A stretch of 63,289 nt of DNA, counting the filler, from Folioceros fuciformis (Eukaryota), in assembly GCA_049999805.1 (NCBI GenBank). It is 5 parts of 5 records of this genome, joined end to end, with 100 filler letters (N's around TTAATTAATTAA, not from the genome) between each part and the next. Parts side by side here need not be neighbours in the genome. Positions count along the whole stretch, not along the records: positions 23,630 to 29,628 come from JBNGIO010005643.1; positions 29,729 to 54,604 come from JBNGIO010005644.1; 3 more parts are not named here. One strand, 5' to 3'. Shown here piece after piece: positions 24,380 through 36,210 of the stretch. How positions within the stretch are numbered: position 1 is the stretch's first letter; each line of letters starts with the position of its first letter. A program made the position numbers and the translations under genes. The notes under the pieces were generated by a model, which worked only from the letters and a program-made list of their open reading frames with translations, was not told where the DNA came from and made no database searches.

Positions 24380-25667
24380 GTGACCAATAGAAACATAGCT
24401 CTCACGGAATCTGGGAACGAGATACCTTGAGATGAGAGCTGGCGGAAAATGGTATTGAACTCATTCAGATGATCGGACATCCTCATCCCTTCCTTCATCT
24501 TCAAGTCCACCAGCTGTTTCAACCAATGCACATGAGAAGCCGCAGTTTGCTTCTCATATAGGTCACACAACTTCTGCCATAGCTAGTAACTTGTAGTCTT
24601 GTCTTTCACGTTGAAGTAGACCGATTTCGACAATGTTAGCATGATGGTAGACTTAGCAAGCTCATCTAGATCCTGCCACTCATCCTGAGTTATGCTAACA
24701 GGTTTCACTCCTAGCAACTTTATCGGCTTGATTTGCTTCTTCTGCACTAGAACATTATACACTTGTTCTTTCCAGAACGGGAAGTTAGTACCATCTAACT
24801 TCTCGATATTGAACATGACGTTTTTTGAGGACGTCATGATTCAAAAATCGATGCAAATCAATTAAAAGGCTAGTTAGAAAACAGTCGGAATGTAATGTAG
24901 ATCCTCAAAGTTACCCTCACAACTTGTTCCAAATCGGATGTCCACAACTTGGGCTTCGATCGCTCACAACTGGAATGTCTCCTATCGTCCGATCGAGATC
25001 TCGACTTCCGCGGTCGGGGTCAGTTCGGCACCCACACCCTCGCTCTCGGCGACCGCAATTTGTCCGCTTTCCGGCGCCCGTGTAGTGCGCTCGGCGCCTG
25101 GCCAAATCCTTGCCTCGCCGGCGAACGGCTGCCGTCCAGGTGTCGCCGACTGGCATTCAAGAGGCGCCCTGCTGGCGCCTCGCTGTCGGGTGTGACCCCG
25201 TTGGTGCCCAAGTGGCGCCTTGTTGGCACCCCAATGGTGCCTCGCTGGCGCGCAGGTGGCGCCCCGTTGGCGCGTCGTTGGCGCCCGGGTGGCGTCCCGC
25301 TGGCGCCTCATTGGTGCTCGGGTGGTGCCTCGCTGGCGCCCTAACCCTAGCTACCGGCTGCGCCCTAACCGGCGCCCTAGTGGCGGCTGCGCCCTAACCT
25401 GCGCCCTAGCCGGCGGCTCTGATACCACTTGAAAGGATCGATAGAGGAGCATGGTGAAGGAGAGGAGAGAAAAAGGCAAGGACGAGAGGAGAAAGAGAGG
25501 TCACACTCTCACATTGAGTCTCTCAATACAAGGGAGCTCAAGGGGGTATTTATACCCTCTAGAAGAGCTCCCTAGGAAGCTTCACAAGAAGCCCACATGA
25601 AGCTGCACAAGAAGCTTCCTACATACTAGCTTAAGCTAAACTAAACTAATGATACTTAACTAGACAC
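24380..25667 (-). mobile_element. Ty1/Copia 5' portion: LTR 25430-25667, Met-i PBS 25415-25427, GC-rich leader, gag (UBN2-type)
   Basis: TGGTATCAGAGCC PBS; FNIEKLDGTNFPFWKEQV; LKMKEG..HLNEFN. Same family as 54771-59592. Confidence 0.9.
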
Positions 25668-26420
25668 ATCAAGGTACCTCCACCATTGGAATTGGCCGTT
25701 TTCAACGCAGTCTTCCGCAATTTATCCCCGACATCCCAATTCCAAGTCCCTGTTGCGATCTTCGCCATCACTTCTGGGCTTGGGTCTCCGGCCACCGTAG
25801 CCTCAGCTTCCACTTGGTAGGGTTATTAAAGCCCAATGTGCTTAGACTAATGTGTTTAGTCTAAGAGCAGGAAGCTTGCCAGACTTAGTTGTGTAGGGGA
25901 AGAACGTCGTGTTTTGCAGATGGAGCTCGATATGGTGGAGGCGAGTATTGCGAGACACACAGTAGCTGGCGGAGGAGGTCCTTGGGGGACCCCATGTAAT
26001 GGTGCAGGGTAGCACGGCCAGCGGGGTGATGATCCGAATCGAAGTTTGAGGTCCAACATCCCGCCAATGAGGAGGGTGCACAAGCGGCGGCGCAAGCTCT
26101 CCTACTCTGAGGCGTGTTCCTCTTGAGAGGAGGAGGATGACAAGCCTGTGTGTCCACGCCAAGGTGCTGCCCACGGTAGACAAAGGTGATGCGCAACGGA
26201 AAGAGGGAGCAATGGAGGCAATATCGCGGACACCCTAGCGGACGCGGTGTATGCTTTGTACAACAACCTAGGCTTGGTGGAGTCGCTGGAAAGTAATTTG
26301 CACAAGCTGAGGGCAAACATATGTGACTGTGCAGCAGATGTGGAGGCTGCCTCTCGTGCTAGGGATCGCGAGGTTTAGGGATGCATGTGGTGTGCAGGGT
26401 CTGGAGGTGTAGGCGGGTTA
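25668..26420 (-). mobile_element. Degenerate TE fragment (possibly the 3' region of a CRE-like LINE), partly inverted; contains the first 51 bp of the Copia LTR at 25816-25866 on the + strand
   Basis: 25816-25866 matches the LTR start TGTAGGGTT.TTAAAGCCCAATGTGCTTAGACTAATG. The identity of the flanking fragment is weak. Confidence 0.35.
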
Positions 26421-27588
26421 GAGGCACTGGCCTTGGTACTGTAGAGATGGTGAACCTATGGAGTTTCACCTAAATTTGTTGTTGGTAGACTAATCTTGTA
26501 GCAGTAGCGTTGGTAGTTTGTAGATGTTTTGTGGAAGGTGCTGTTGGTTGCCTTCTTGCCTCCGTGGTCTAGCTTAATGAACTTGATGTTGTTGTGAACC
26601 CTGTAAGAGTAGCTGTAATTGCTGCTGTGGCTTCTTTTATCTGCAATTCCTAAGGTGTCATTTGCAGAGAACTGTTGCAACACCCTCAAGCTGCAGTATG
26701 ATGGAAATGCAAGCTTGAAAATTATTGTTTAGTGGGGATGGTAGAGGCCCGACATCCTTGGACATCATGAAACCCTTAAGAGCTTGTTCCATGCATGAAG
26801 TGGATTTTGAGAAGCAAATTAAGCTGGTTCCTTAGGAATGCATTTTTCACGTGGATGTGCACTGGATTGAATGGGGTAGCTGTATAATGGAATTGTGTTG
26901 CTATTGTAAGTGTGTCGGTGTGCACTTCATGGACTAGACCTAAACCCTTTCCCATAAACGACAGTGGTTTTAATTGGTGCATCTCCGAAACACTACCAAA
27001 CCCTAACCCCTGCAAACCCCGGATATGTTGCATATGTGTGTAGTGTATCTTAAAATACTGTATGATTTTTTATGATGCATGAACTCTCCACATGCCCGTT
27101 ACAAGTGATAAGCAAAAAAGTCCCTCGAGGGTGTACAAGTAGGTCCTTCGACGTGGCTATGTTCAGTAGGAGAAACTGTGGTAGATTCTACCATATATTC
27201 TCGTATAAAATACGCATAGCAGGAAAAAAAAAAAAAGTGTCTAGGGCGTGTCCGAATCGGTATTCGTAGCTCTGGTGGGAGAGCTTAGGCCCGCCGCCGT
27301 CGATCCTCAGCTTTTCCCTATGGCTGTAGCCAAAATACCAACCACGGGATGCTTAATTTAATCAGTACGTTCTAAACAGGTGTTGGAAAGTGTGTTGGCC
27401 AACGATAGACACATTTGAAGGCTTTACGTTACTCTTCTGGGCCTAATTAAGAAAATTGAACCGCACTGTGCCGGAGCCTTGGTTGGTACATCGACAGCCC
27501 CCTTCGAGCTTGAAAGATTTGGTAGGCCTTATCAGACAAGGTAGAGAGCACCGGCGTTACCACGAGACCGTCAGGAGCGGGAGGAGCC

Positions 27589-28065
27589 ATGAGTGGCGCG
27601 GATAGCGCAGGGAAGCGCAAGGCCGCGGAAGCGGAGGTGGGAGATGGGGCAGCGGCGAAGAGGAAACTGATGTCGCCGCTTCCCGAAGAGCGGCAACAGG
27701 AAAATGTGGGGAGAAGGTGCGTGCACGAAGTGGCTCGGCCTCCGGGGTACGTGGCTAGGCAAGACCAGGCAGTCCATGGAAGCATCGACAATCCTGTGTA
27801 CCGGGGAGAGATGGCAAAGAAGTATCCCTTCAAGTTGGACGCCTTCCAGGAGGTGTCGGTGGCGTGCCTAGAGCGCAATGAGTCCGTGCTGGTGTCGGCG
27901 CACACTTCCGCTGGCAAGACGGCTGTTGCGGAGTACGCTGTGGCTATGGCGTTCCGGGACCGGCAGCGAGTCATCTACACTTCCCCGCTCAAGGCGCTGA
28001 GCAACCAAAAGTATCGGGAGCTGGCGCAGGAGTTCGCGGACGTAGGGCTTATGACAGGGGACGTG
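27589..28065 (+). pseudogene. HEN2: 5' fragment (159 codons) of the exosome Ski2-like RNA helicase HEN2/MTR4-type; the ORF runs on into antisense Copia gag to 28224
   Basis: [41 protein letters not shown] (motif I), [24 protein letters not shown]; similarity then ends abruptly. Confidence 0.85.
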
Positions 28066-28253
28066 TACTTCCCCCTTGAAGTGGACCTTCCTCTCACCAT
28101 AAGGGCATTGAAACCTTTGGAAGGTTCTATATTCTTCCCGTTCACCTCCTCTGTTAACAGGCTACCTTCTACATTTACAATGGTAAGACCACGGGCAAGA
28201 GCGGAATTACTCAGAGCTGTATGAAAGGTGTCCCAGCTCTCTGGTAATGTGAT
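28066..28253 (-). mobile_element. Copia gag fragment, the exact continuation of the gag broken at 24380
   Basis: Encodes [17 protein letters not shown]...[15 protein letters not shown], matching 56108-56295. Confidence 0.9.
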
Positions 28254-29628
28254 TGTGGAGGCAAAACCCCAGGCACTGATTGCCAACGGGTTCCACCTTT
28301 AGTGGCCACACTTATCCCACTGTCGTTGAGACATTGGGTTTCGTTCCCACGAAGGAGCGATGAGGTTCCTTGCTACTGTGGATGGAGGGTCGGACTTGAT
28401 CGACTCGATGATGGATTCGAGGGCTCCCCTCCAGCTCCGATCAGGCATAGGACAGGCCTCGCTGTCCAGCGGTCAGCTGCACCTCTCTCGGTGCCCACAA
28501 ACTCACTCCAGTCACTACAACGACTCTAACCTCTCAGATCTGCGACTACCCTCACACACTTCACTCACTCTCACTCCAACACCAACACCAACACCAGCAA
28601 CTACCAGCAACCAGCAACGACACTACTACCTTCTACACTTCCCTACTGACTCCTCCTACCTGGCAAGAGTCACTAGACTAACCCCAAACAAAAGGAAGAA
28701 GGGAACACACTCCCCTCTTGGATATCTCCTCCTCACAACCTTACCAGATGCTATGAGCCATGGCCGGCCTACAGCACTTGTCCAAGCAAGGAACAAGAGT
28801 GGACAGGTCGAGAGAAAGACACATTCTTTAAAATCAAGAGCTAGGGGCAAGCCCCTTCACCCTGGTCATTACACCTTGTGATCCTACCAGACACTATACA
28901 ACCGGCAACACGCTGCCCGCGATCCTACCAGACACTGATAGCCGGCAACACGCTGCCTGCAATCCTACCAGACACTGTACAGCCGGCAACACGCGGCTTG
29001 CGATCCTACCAAACGTTGCACAGCCGGCAACACACTACAGGTCCTAAAACAAGCAGGGACAGACCACAAGAGCTCATGAAGAGAGGACCTCCAAGAGCTC
29101 ACGAAGAGATAGACTGACTCCCAAAGTGAATGACTCCCTCCTCCTACAGGCTCACCTGATCTTATAGGAGCCTCTCTCTCTCTCTGACTTCACCTCTCTC
29201 TAACTTGAGAAATATTATTTTAATAGCCTAACTGGCTGTCACCAGCCACTTATTTAGACTTCTAGCACATCCTGCCACCAATGAGCTGGCCCTACCACCA
29301 CAAGGATCTACCACCTCTTAGACTATCCTGAGACTTCAGAGGATGTCTGATCTTCAAAGATCTGCGGACGCCGCCTCTTCCTTGCTGGATGGCCGCCCGC
29401 TAAGTCTTCCCCTGCAACTATTCACCCTTGGTGGCTGAGCCATCCTCCAGGGGAGGAGTATGAGAAGTGAGAAAGATAGTGAGGAGGTGGGAAGGAGTGG
29501 GATCAGTAGCCGGAACCTGGCCTGAAAACGGTAGCTTATTCAGCGGGATCAGGTTCTAGCCGAAATGGTTCCTCAGCCATGGAAGACTGATCTTGGGGTG
29601 CTGGGGGAGGCCCTGAACTAAGAGGAAA
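28254..29628 (-). mobile_element. LTR family X, 3' part (copy B), with a ~41-bp tandem repeat x4 at 28880-29035
   Basis: Ends GGTTTTGCCTCCACA at 28254, followed by ATCAC. 28254-28885 matches 41025-41652. Confidence 0.85.
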
Positions 29629-29728
29629 NNNNNNNNNNNNNNNNNNNNNNNNNNNNNNNNNNNNNNNNNNNNTTAATTAATTAANNNNNNNNNNNNNNNN
29701 NNNNNNNNNNNNNNNNNNNNNNNNNNNN

Positions 29729-30919
29729 ATCCATGTGGCACGCTACTTTCAACTAATTGATGATATGGAGGAGCTCGTTAGCGTCGTAATAGAGACATTA
29801 CAACTTCCAAACCTAAAGAGAAAACATAAACAAAGAGAAATGTTTGCAAACCTACTATCGCTTGCACTCAAATGCTTGCCCACAGATGTGGAGGCCTCCT
29901 TCTTTGAGTTTTTGATCAAGAAGATTTTTTCTACTTCCATTTATAACTTGACTTGCGAAGACTTGAGTTCTAAGGCGCTAGAGTTTTTGTTATCCAACAC
30001 AGTGCAATGTTCAAACCCCTGGCCATACACTTTTACCTCCTATTCTAGTGAGTTTAAGATCTTTGACTACGTGGTGCGATGGTCACGCTCTCATTTATCA
30101 AAAGATGTGCAGCTGGTATTGGACAAAGTATTCTATAAGCTACTTGTAGATAATAGCTTTGACATCAACAAGTGCGAGCTGGAGGACGTAGAGGCATTGC
30201 AGAGTTTAGCCAACATTGCTCGTCCTTTCTTTCGCTTCATAGATTTTAGGCTTATACAACCCGAGCAATTATCTCGAGTCATTGAGCCCTTGAACATAGT
30301 TCCTAGCGAAATGTTGGTTGCAGCTTTTTGCTATCACGCCAGGACCTCCAACTTTAGGGCAACCATTCTTTACCGAGGGGCATGTATTCTACAGTGGTCC
30401 CCGACAGCGCATGCCAATGAGTTGATTTTGTACAACTCAAGAGAATTATTATTCTATAGCAACATAGAGACAGCAGGATTTGCAAGGGCCTACTCGTGCT
30501 TAAAGGGTGGTGGGCAACATAGCTGGATTATTAGTATTGACAACATCTCTAACCCCACAGGCATCGGGATCGGATTTTGCTCTAATTTAGCAAAAGATTA
30601 CTCCGAGTGGCTTGGAACCAGTCCTTATGGTTGGATTCTAGATGGTGCTGGCAAGTTTTGGCACGATGGTACGTATACAATTAGGGATGACAACACTCGA
30701 TTTCAGGTTGGTTCCACAAAAGTTCAAGTTACGGTGAACCTAGATCTAGGCAAATGCTATTTTCAAATTATTAGAAATGAAAGTAAAATAGGGTCCTATG
30801 TTGAATTCACGGTTCCCGAGCTTCGTCAAGATTGGCTCAACATTCCTAAGCGTATCTATCCTGCTGTGAGCTTTTCTAGAACAACAGGACGAGTTTCTCT
30901 AGAGCCTTGTCTTACTTGA
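29729..30919 (+). CDS. Intronless BTB(end)-BACK-like-SPRY/ConA-like domain protein, 5' truncated by the gap
   Basis: Frame is open from the gap (IHVARYFQL, end of BTB); SSEFKIFDYVVRW; FIDFRLI.PE.L..VIEPLNIVPSE.L..AF.YHA; SPRY-like W.ISI..IGIGFC, WLG.SPYGWIL, V.VNLDLGKC.F, LNIPKRIYPAVS. No stops over 394 codons. Confidence 0.75.
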   Translation: MHVARYFQLIDDMEELVSVVIETLQLPNLKRKHKQREMFANLLSLALKCLPTDVEASFFEFLIKKIFSTSIYNLTCEDLSSKALEFLLSNTVQCSNPWPYTFTSYSSEFKIFDYVVRWSRSHLSKDVQLVLDKVFYKLLVDNSFDINKCELEDVEALQSLANIARPFFRFIDFRLIQPEQLSRVIEPLNIVPSEMLVAAFCYHARTSNFRATILYRGACILQWSPTAHANELILYNSRELLFYSNIETAGFARAYSCLKGGGQHSWIISIDNISNPTGIGIGFCSNLAKDYSEWLGTSPYGWILDGAGKFWHDGTYTIRDDNTRFQVGSTKVQVTVNLDLGKCYFQIIRNESKIGSYVEFTVPELRQDWLNIPKRIYPAVSFSRTTGRVSLEPCLT

Positions 30920-31419
30920 AAAATAAATTTAGAGTGATTGTTGTGGCCTTCTTTGTTGGTCCTACAATTTTAGTAATATACTAGCATTTTTAAAGGTTGT
31001 TTTATGTTTTCCTTCACCTTGCAAGGCTTTGGGTTGGAGCAAGTTGGTGTAGCTTTAACCCCTTGAACAAGGCTTATAGAGAACTAATAAATAGAATATT
31101 GTCATGACTTAGAAAGTCTGCTAGAGTGTTGCATTTGTGTGAACTTGCTGTGCAGACCGGTACCATACGAGTTGACCACTCATGGCAAATAAGTGCGTAG
31201 TGAGGATAAATCCATTGCGTTTTGACTAAAGAGGCAGCTAATGGATGAAAGTTCTCACAAAAGGACGGTTGGAGAGCACAAGTATGTTGGTAGTTAACTT
31301 TGTGAACAGGTTATACCGGTTAGGAATGCTCACCCAGGTAGTTGGCAACGAAATGTTGCAAGTATATAGGGTTCTGGAAAGAATGAATGGGCATTCTTTT
31401 GATAGTTCGCTTAGAAAGC

Positions 31420-33485
31420 TGAAAGATAAGATACAATTGGCGGATCTTAGCATTACACTTTGATCATTGAGCTTGTAGCAAACTGAACAATTGAATCAAA
31501 CCTCTGTGTTATGAATTCGCATACACACAGTTCATTGCATGTGGGAAGGGTACGATGACGTGATATAGAGGATAGTCGAAATGACAGCACGAAACTTGTT
31601 ACTATCAAAAGAATTGTGCTCTCCTTGGAGCATGGCACCTTTAGGTGGAGTCTTAGCAAATAAATAAACAGATCCAAGATACAAGTACACGTTAGAGTGT
31701 TCAGTTGTGTTTGGGTCAAAGAGAGACAAGTGCTACCATGTTCCAAGGAAGGAAAGGTTTTTGGTTGGAGCAAAAGTGCAAAAGTTTGTAAAGCCAAGAC
31801 CCGAGGACAGATGTTTGTTTTCATTTGAGGCAACTTGAACAAGAATGTTAAGAGTGTGGATGTGAGTATTTAGGTGTTTGACTTGGAAGGTGATGGGTTG
31901 GAAGGTGAATTAGTATTACAATTTTGTGGCAAACCATAGTGTGGTGGTGAAACCTATAACAATGTTGTTGAAAAAGGATGCAGTGTGGGTTTGGGTAGAA
32001 GATCAACAGAGAGCGTTTAAGGAGATAAAAAAACATTTTGATGAGCAACCCTTTGCTGAGAAGACCCAATTTTGACAGAAAGTTTAAGTTATATACTTAT
32101 TGGAGCAAGCTTGGTTTGGGGGCAGCGTTGGCATAGGATGATGAAAATGGAGTGGAGCATATGATAGCATATGCAAGTAGGAGTAACAATTATGCTGAGA
32201 GTAATTATTCCTCATATCATGGAGAATGTTTGGCGGCAATATGGGCGGTATCATTTGTATGGTACTCAATTTGAGTTGGTGACAGATCATCAACCTTTGA
32301 AGTGGTTGATGAAAAGTGAAAAATTGACAAGAAATTAGCAAGGTGGGCACTCATTTTACAGGAGTATAATTTTGCTATTGAGCATAGAGTAGGAGTGAAA
32401 CATGCTAATGCAAATGTGTTATCAAGGAATCCGTTGGGAAGTGCGTAGAACTCCACAATTGCCAGGCAAGATTTTGATAAAGATGAAAGGGTTGAGTATA
32501 ACTTGGTGGTGTCCAAATGAACACCGAGTGCATGCCTGGCGAATTTTGTGGGGTTTGGAGTTTCTTCGGCAATGGTGGAAGTTTGGGAAGACAAGAAGAC
32601 ATTGAAGCGGGTGATGATGGGTAGGAATAAAGAAACATTGACGATAAGGAAGAATGATAGAGTGACAAAATGAAGTAGAAGGTATGTATGGGTTGACAAT
32701 AAGTTATTGTTTAGGGAAAACATGAAAGTGGTGCCAAGACTGGAAGAAAGGATGAATTTGACAAAAAAGATTCATGTAGAGTTAGGACATTTTGGTACAA
32801 AAAGGACACTGAGTTTACTCATAAACAATTATTATTGGAAAGGAATGATGGAGGTGGTGGAGAAGGTGGTATCTACTTGTGAGGTTTGTGAAAGGGTGAA
32901 AGCGAGTTTTTCAGGCAAAACTTCTCAACTTCATCCGTTGCCCATTAGGGGGATGTTTTATAGGTGGAGTTTGGATTTGGCTAGAAAGTTACCAGTCACG
33001 CGTACAGGTTTTAAATATGTGTTGGTAATGATAGAACATTTCTCTAAGTGGATAGTTTTGGTGCCTTTAAGAGAGAAGAAGGCACATGACATTAAAGAAG
33101 CGTTTCTTAATCATGTGTTGAGCGTTTTTGGGGCTTGTGTAGAAGTTTTGACAAATTAAGGTACTGAATTTATGGGAGATTTTGATGAATTTTTTAAATG
33201 AGTATCTTATTGATAATAGGGTTTCTTCAAGGAATCATCCAGAGGCTGATGGTTTGATGGAGAGAATGGTACAAACATGTAAGAGGGCTTTGAGGAAGTA
33301 TTGTTTGATAATGGACAAGAGTGATTGGGATAGGATATTACCATTTCTTGCAATGGGTTATAAGATGAGCAGGCAAGCATCATTGGGAAAGTTTTCGCAA
33401 TACATGTTGTTGTTTGGGCTAAGGCCATAGTTATCTAGGATGTTGGAAGACAAGGTGAATGCTATAGTGGAGTTGGATGATCCTA
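31420..33485 (+). mobile_element. Ty3/Gypsy pol (RT-RNaseH-integrase), degenerate
   Basis: IAYASRSNN.AESNYSSY.GECLA, TDHQPLKWL, ARWALILQEY, HVELGHFG..YYW..CEVC, VMIEHFSKW, HPEADGLMER. Many stops. Confidence 0.88.
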
Positions 33486-33585
33486 ANNNNNNNNNNNNNN
33501 NNNNNNNNNNNNNNNNNNNNNNNNNNNNNNNNNNNNNNNNNNNNNNNNNNNNNNNNNNNNNNNNNNNNNNNNNNNNNNNNNNNNN

Positions 33586-34550
33586 NTACCCACCGCCCCC
33601 CCCCCCCGTTTCCTCAAGGACTCCAGCACCAATCCTCCCTCTTCTCGCTGGTCACGACCATACACCCTCCTCACTAGCTCCAGGTTCCACCCCTACGATC
33701 TGCCTCTGATTACCTTCTCACGGACAGGTTCCCTCAACCTCAGGGTGCACTCCCTGACCAACTGTGGTGCTGCGTGGTTCCACTTCTGGGTCACAAAACC
33801 CAGACCCAATTCATCCACCAGCCCTCCTGCTCTAATCCTCCAGTGCTCCATGTTGGGCCACAAGAGTAGGTCGATCCGGGGAACAGGAGGTTCCCCCTCC
33901 TGCTCGGGTACTCCAGGCAGTAGTTCAGGACGTGACCTCATACCAATCTCCTCCTCGTGCTCCGGCTTCTGCAGTCCCTCCTCTCTCTCGCTGAGCACTC
34001 GCTGCTTGCCTCGGCCCGTCCTGTTGCCTCAGCGTCTGCTTCCCTTCCAGCTGCCTTTACGCTCCCGGGTTACTGCCCTTCACGTTCGAAGACTAACTTA
34101 ATTCCCCTCCAGACTTCCCATTAGGGTTTTTATATTGGCCGTTTTCTTCTCTCACTACTGCCAGTTAGACTACCACCAGTCGTCCTTTTCGCGACGGTTG
34201 CCTCACTGGTCACCGTCGCCCAGTCACCTCAACCCATCCTTTTCCTAAATCCACAACTAGCTAGCCCCCTTTCCTACTCATTTCTATTTCTTATTTCCAA
34301 AAAAAGGGGGGGGGGGGGTATATACAACCTCCTAAATGCCCCCGAACCACCAAGGCCCAAGGACACCCTCACTCACTCACTTCCAAATTGTGGTTTTCGG
34401 TATCCCAAACACCCAAAGACCAAGGCCATTTTTGGGTATGAACACCCCCATTTTATTTACATACTAAGCCGATTCGCTCGTTCCTTCACACAAAAAATCG
34501 CAGCCTGCTCATTCTGTCACTCAAAATGGGAGTGTCGAAAGTTTTTTTCC
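33586..34550 (+). mobile_element. Probable Gypsy 3' region: antisense extra-ORF fragment (33693-33998), PPT (34299-34318) and start of an LTR at ~34321
   Basis: AAAAAAGGGGGGGGGGGG followed by TATACAACC (degenerate TG start). The minus-strand ORF fragment precedes it. Confidence 0.45.
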
Positions 34551-35650
34551 TCTACAGGCTTCAACTAGGTAGTCATTTATGGCCAACGTTTAGACCTCCT
34601 CCTTAAAGTGCTACTCTAATTGCACTCAACTCTTACTAGACAATACTAGGCTTCAAATATTCAATTATCCAGTGACAACTTTAAGATCAATTCATTGGGG
34701 TGTTACTCTAATTGCACTTAGCTCTCACTAGATGGTACTAGGCTTCAAATAGGCAGTTGTTTGCTTACTAGTTTTAGACCACCTCTTGTATATGTTGTTG
34801 TAGACTCTCACCACACAATACGAGGCTTCAAATAGATGACTATCCACTAACAAATTTTAGACCACCTTCTGAAGGTGTTGTTGTAATTATACTGAAGGAA
34901 CGCTCTAGGAGCTACATGGTGAAGGAGAGGAGAGGAGGAGGCAAGGAGGAGAGGAGAAAGAGAGGTCACACTCTCACAATAGAGTCACACCTACAAGGGA
35001 GCTCAAGAGGGTATTTATACCCTGTAGAAGAGCTCCCTAGGAAACTTCACAAGAAGCCCACATGAAGCTGCACAAGAAGCTTCCTACAGATTAGCTTAAG
35101 CTTAATCTAAACTAATGGTACTTAATTAGACACTAATCTTAGACTAAACACATTAGTCTAAGCACATTGGGCTTTAAGAACCCTACATATACTCAACTCT
35201 CACCACACAACACTGTGCTTCGAGTAGGCGGCTATCTGCTCGACAACTAGCAAACCATTGCCTTGACGTGGTTCTATAACTCTTAAGAGTTATAGACAAC
35301 GGAATCTAGCTGCCCTCAACTGCTAACAACCCTTCTCTCCAAACTTTCTTATCCTCTCTCTCTGAACATGTCTCATGACTTTATAGACCACATCTTGTAT
35401 ATGTTGTTTTAGATTCTCACCATACAATACTAGGCTTCAAATAGGTGATTGTCCAGTTACATCTCACCACACAACACTATGCTTCGAGTAGGCGCCTATC
35501 AACTCGATAACTAGCAAAACACTGCCTTGGGGTGGTTCTATAACTCTTAAGAGTTACAGAAAATAAAGTCTAGTTGCCCTCGACTTTTAATAACCCTTCT
35601 CTCCAAACTCTCTTCTCCTCTCCCTCTAAACATGTCTCATACCTTTATCT
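34550..35650. repeat. Diverged ~90-bp tandem units plus a ~270-bp-spaced duplication
   Basis: AGGCTTCAA(A/C)T recurs at ~34556, 34648, 34740, 34823 and 35432; 35196-35370 resembles 35462-35640. Confidence 0.65.
34893..35187 (-). mobile_element. Copia solo LTR (295 bp) with TATAC target-site duplication
   Basis: TGTAGGG...CCTTCA on the minus strand; TATAC at 34888-34892 and 35188-35192. Same family as 59300-59592. Confidence 0.95.
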
Positions 35651-35785
35651 TCTCAAAGCTCAAGAGTTGGGCATCTTCTCGTCATCTTCTCATAACTCAG
35701 GAGTGCAAGAGGCCAATTGGCTCCTCTCATCCCTTTTGTTTTCTTCTCCTATGGCTTGCCATCCAAGCTCTAATACCAACATAGC

Positions 35786-36210
35786 TTGACCATTGAGGGG
35801 GTTTCTGTTTTTTATTCAACAAAGGGCACAAAGCAAGGGGATCCGCTAGGAGGTGCTCTTTTTGCAATGGCGCATTTTCAAGTGTTGTCTTCTACTGTCT
35901 TGGCATTTTTGGAATGCCTTTTCCCATCCATGGTGAATGATACTCATATTCTTGGGCATATTGCCTTCTTGCAGGGACTTTGAGTCTTGGGTGTTCTCAT
36001 TGGACCTCTTGATTTTGTTCATAGGTTTGTGGATGAAACATTGGATGAAGATTTGGCTCATATCATAGACCTCTCTCAATAAGTGATCCTCTTATTGCGT
36101 TTGGTATTCTTTCTTCTTGTTTTACGTGTCGACTAGATTACCTCACTAGAATTGTTGCGCCTTCTCCAGTTTTCATATAAAGTCTCAAGAAGTTCGACAA
36201 TCAAGGTATG
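35786..36210 (+). mobile_element. CRE-clade non-LTR retrotransposon RT fragment
   Basis: GTKQGDPLGGALFAMAH...LFPSMVNDTHILG, matching the CRE-type QGDPLG..LF / xADDTHIxG signature. Confidence 0.7.

Noticed and set aside
24917-25432. Many overlapping ORFs, also 54801-55432
   Set aside because: A by-product of stop-poor GC-rich Copia leaders.
31238-32723. Numerous short ORFs on both strands
   Set aside because: Fragments or antisense shadows of the decayed Gypsy pol.
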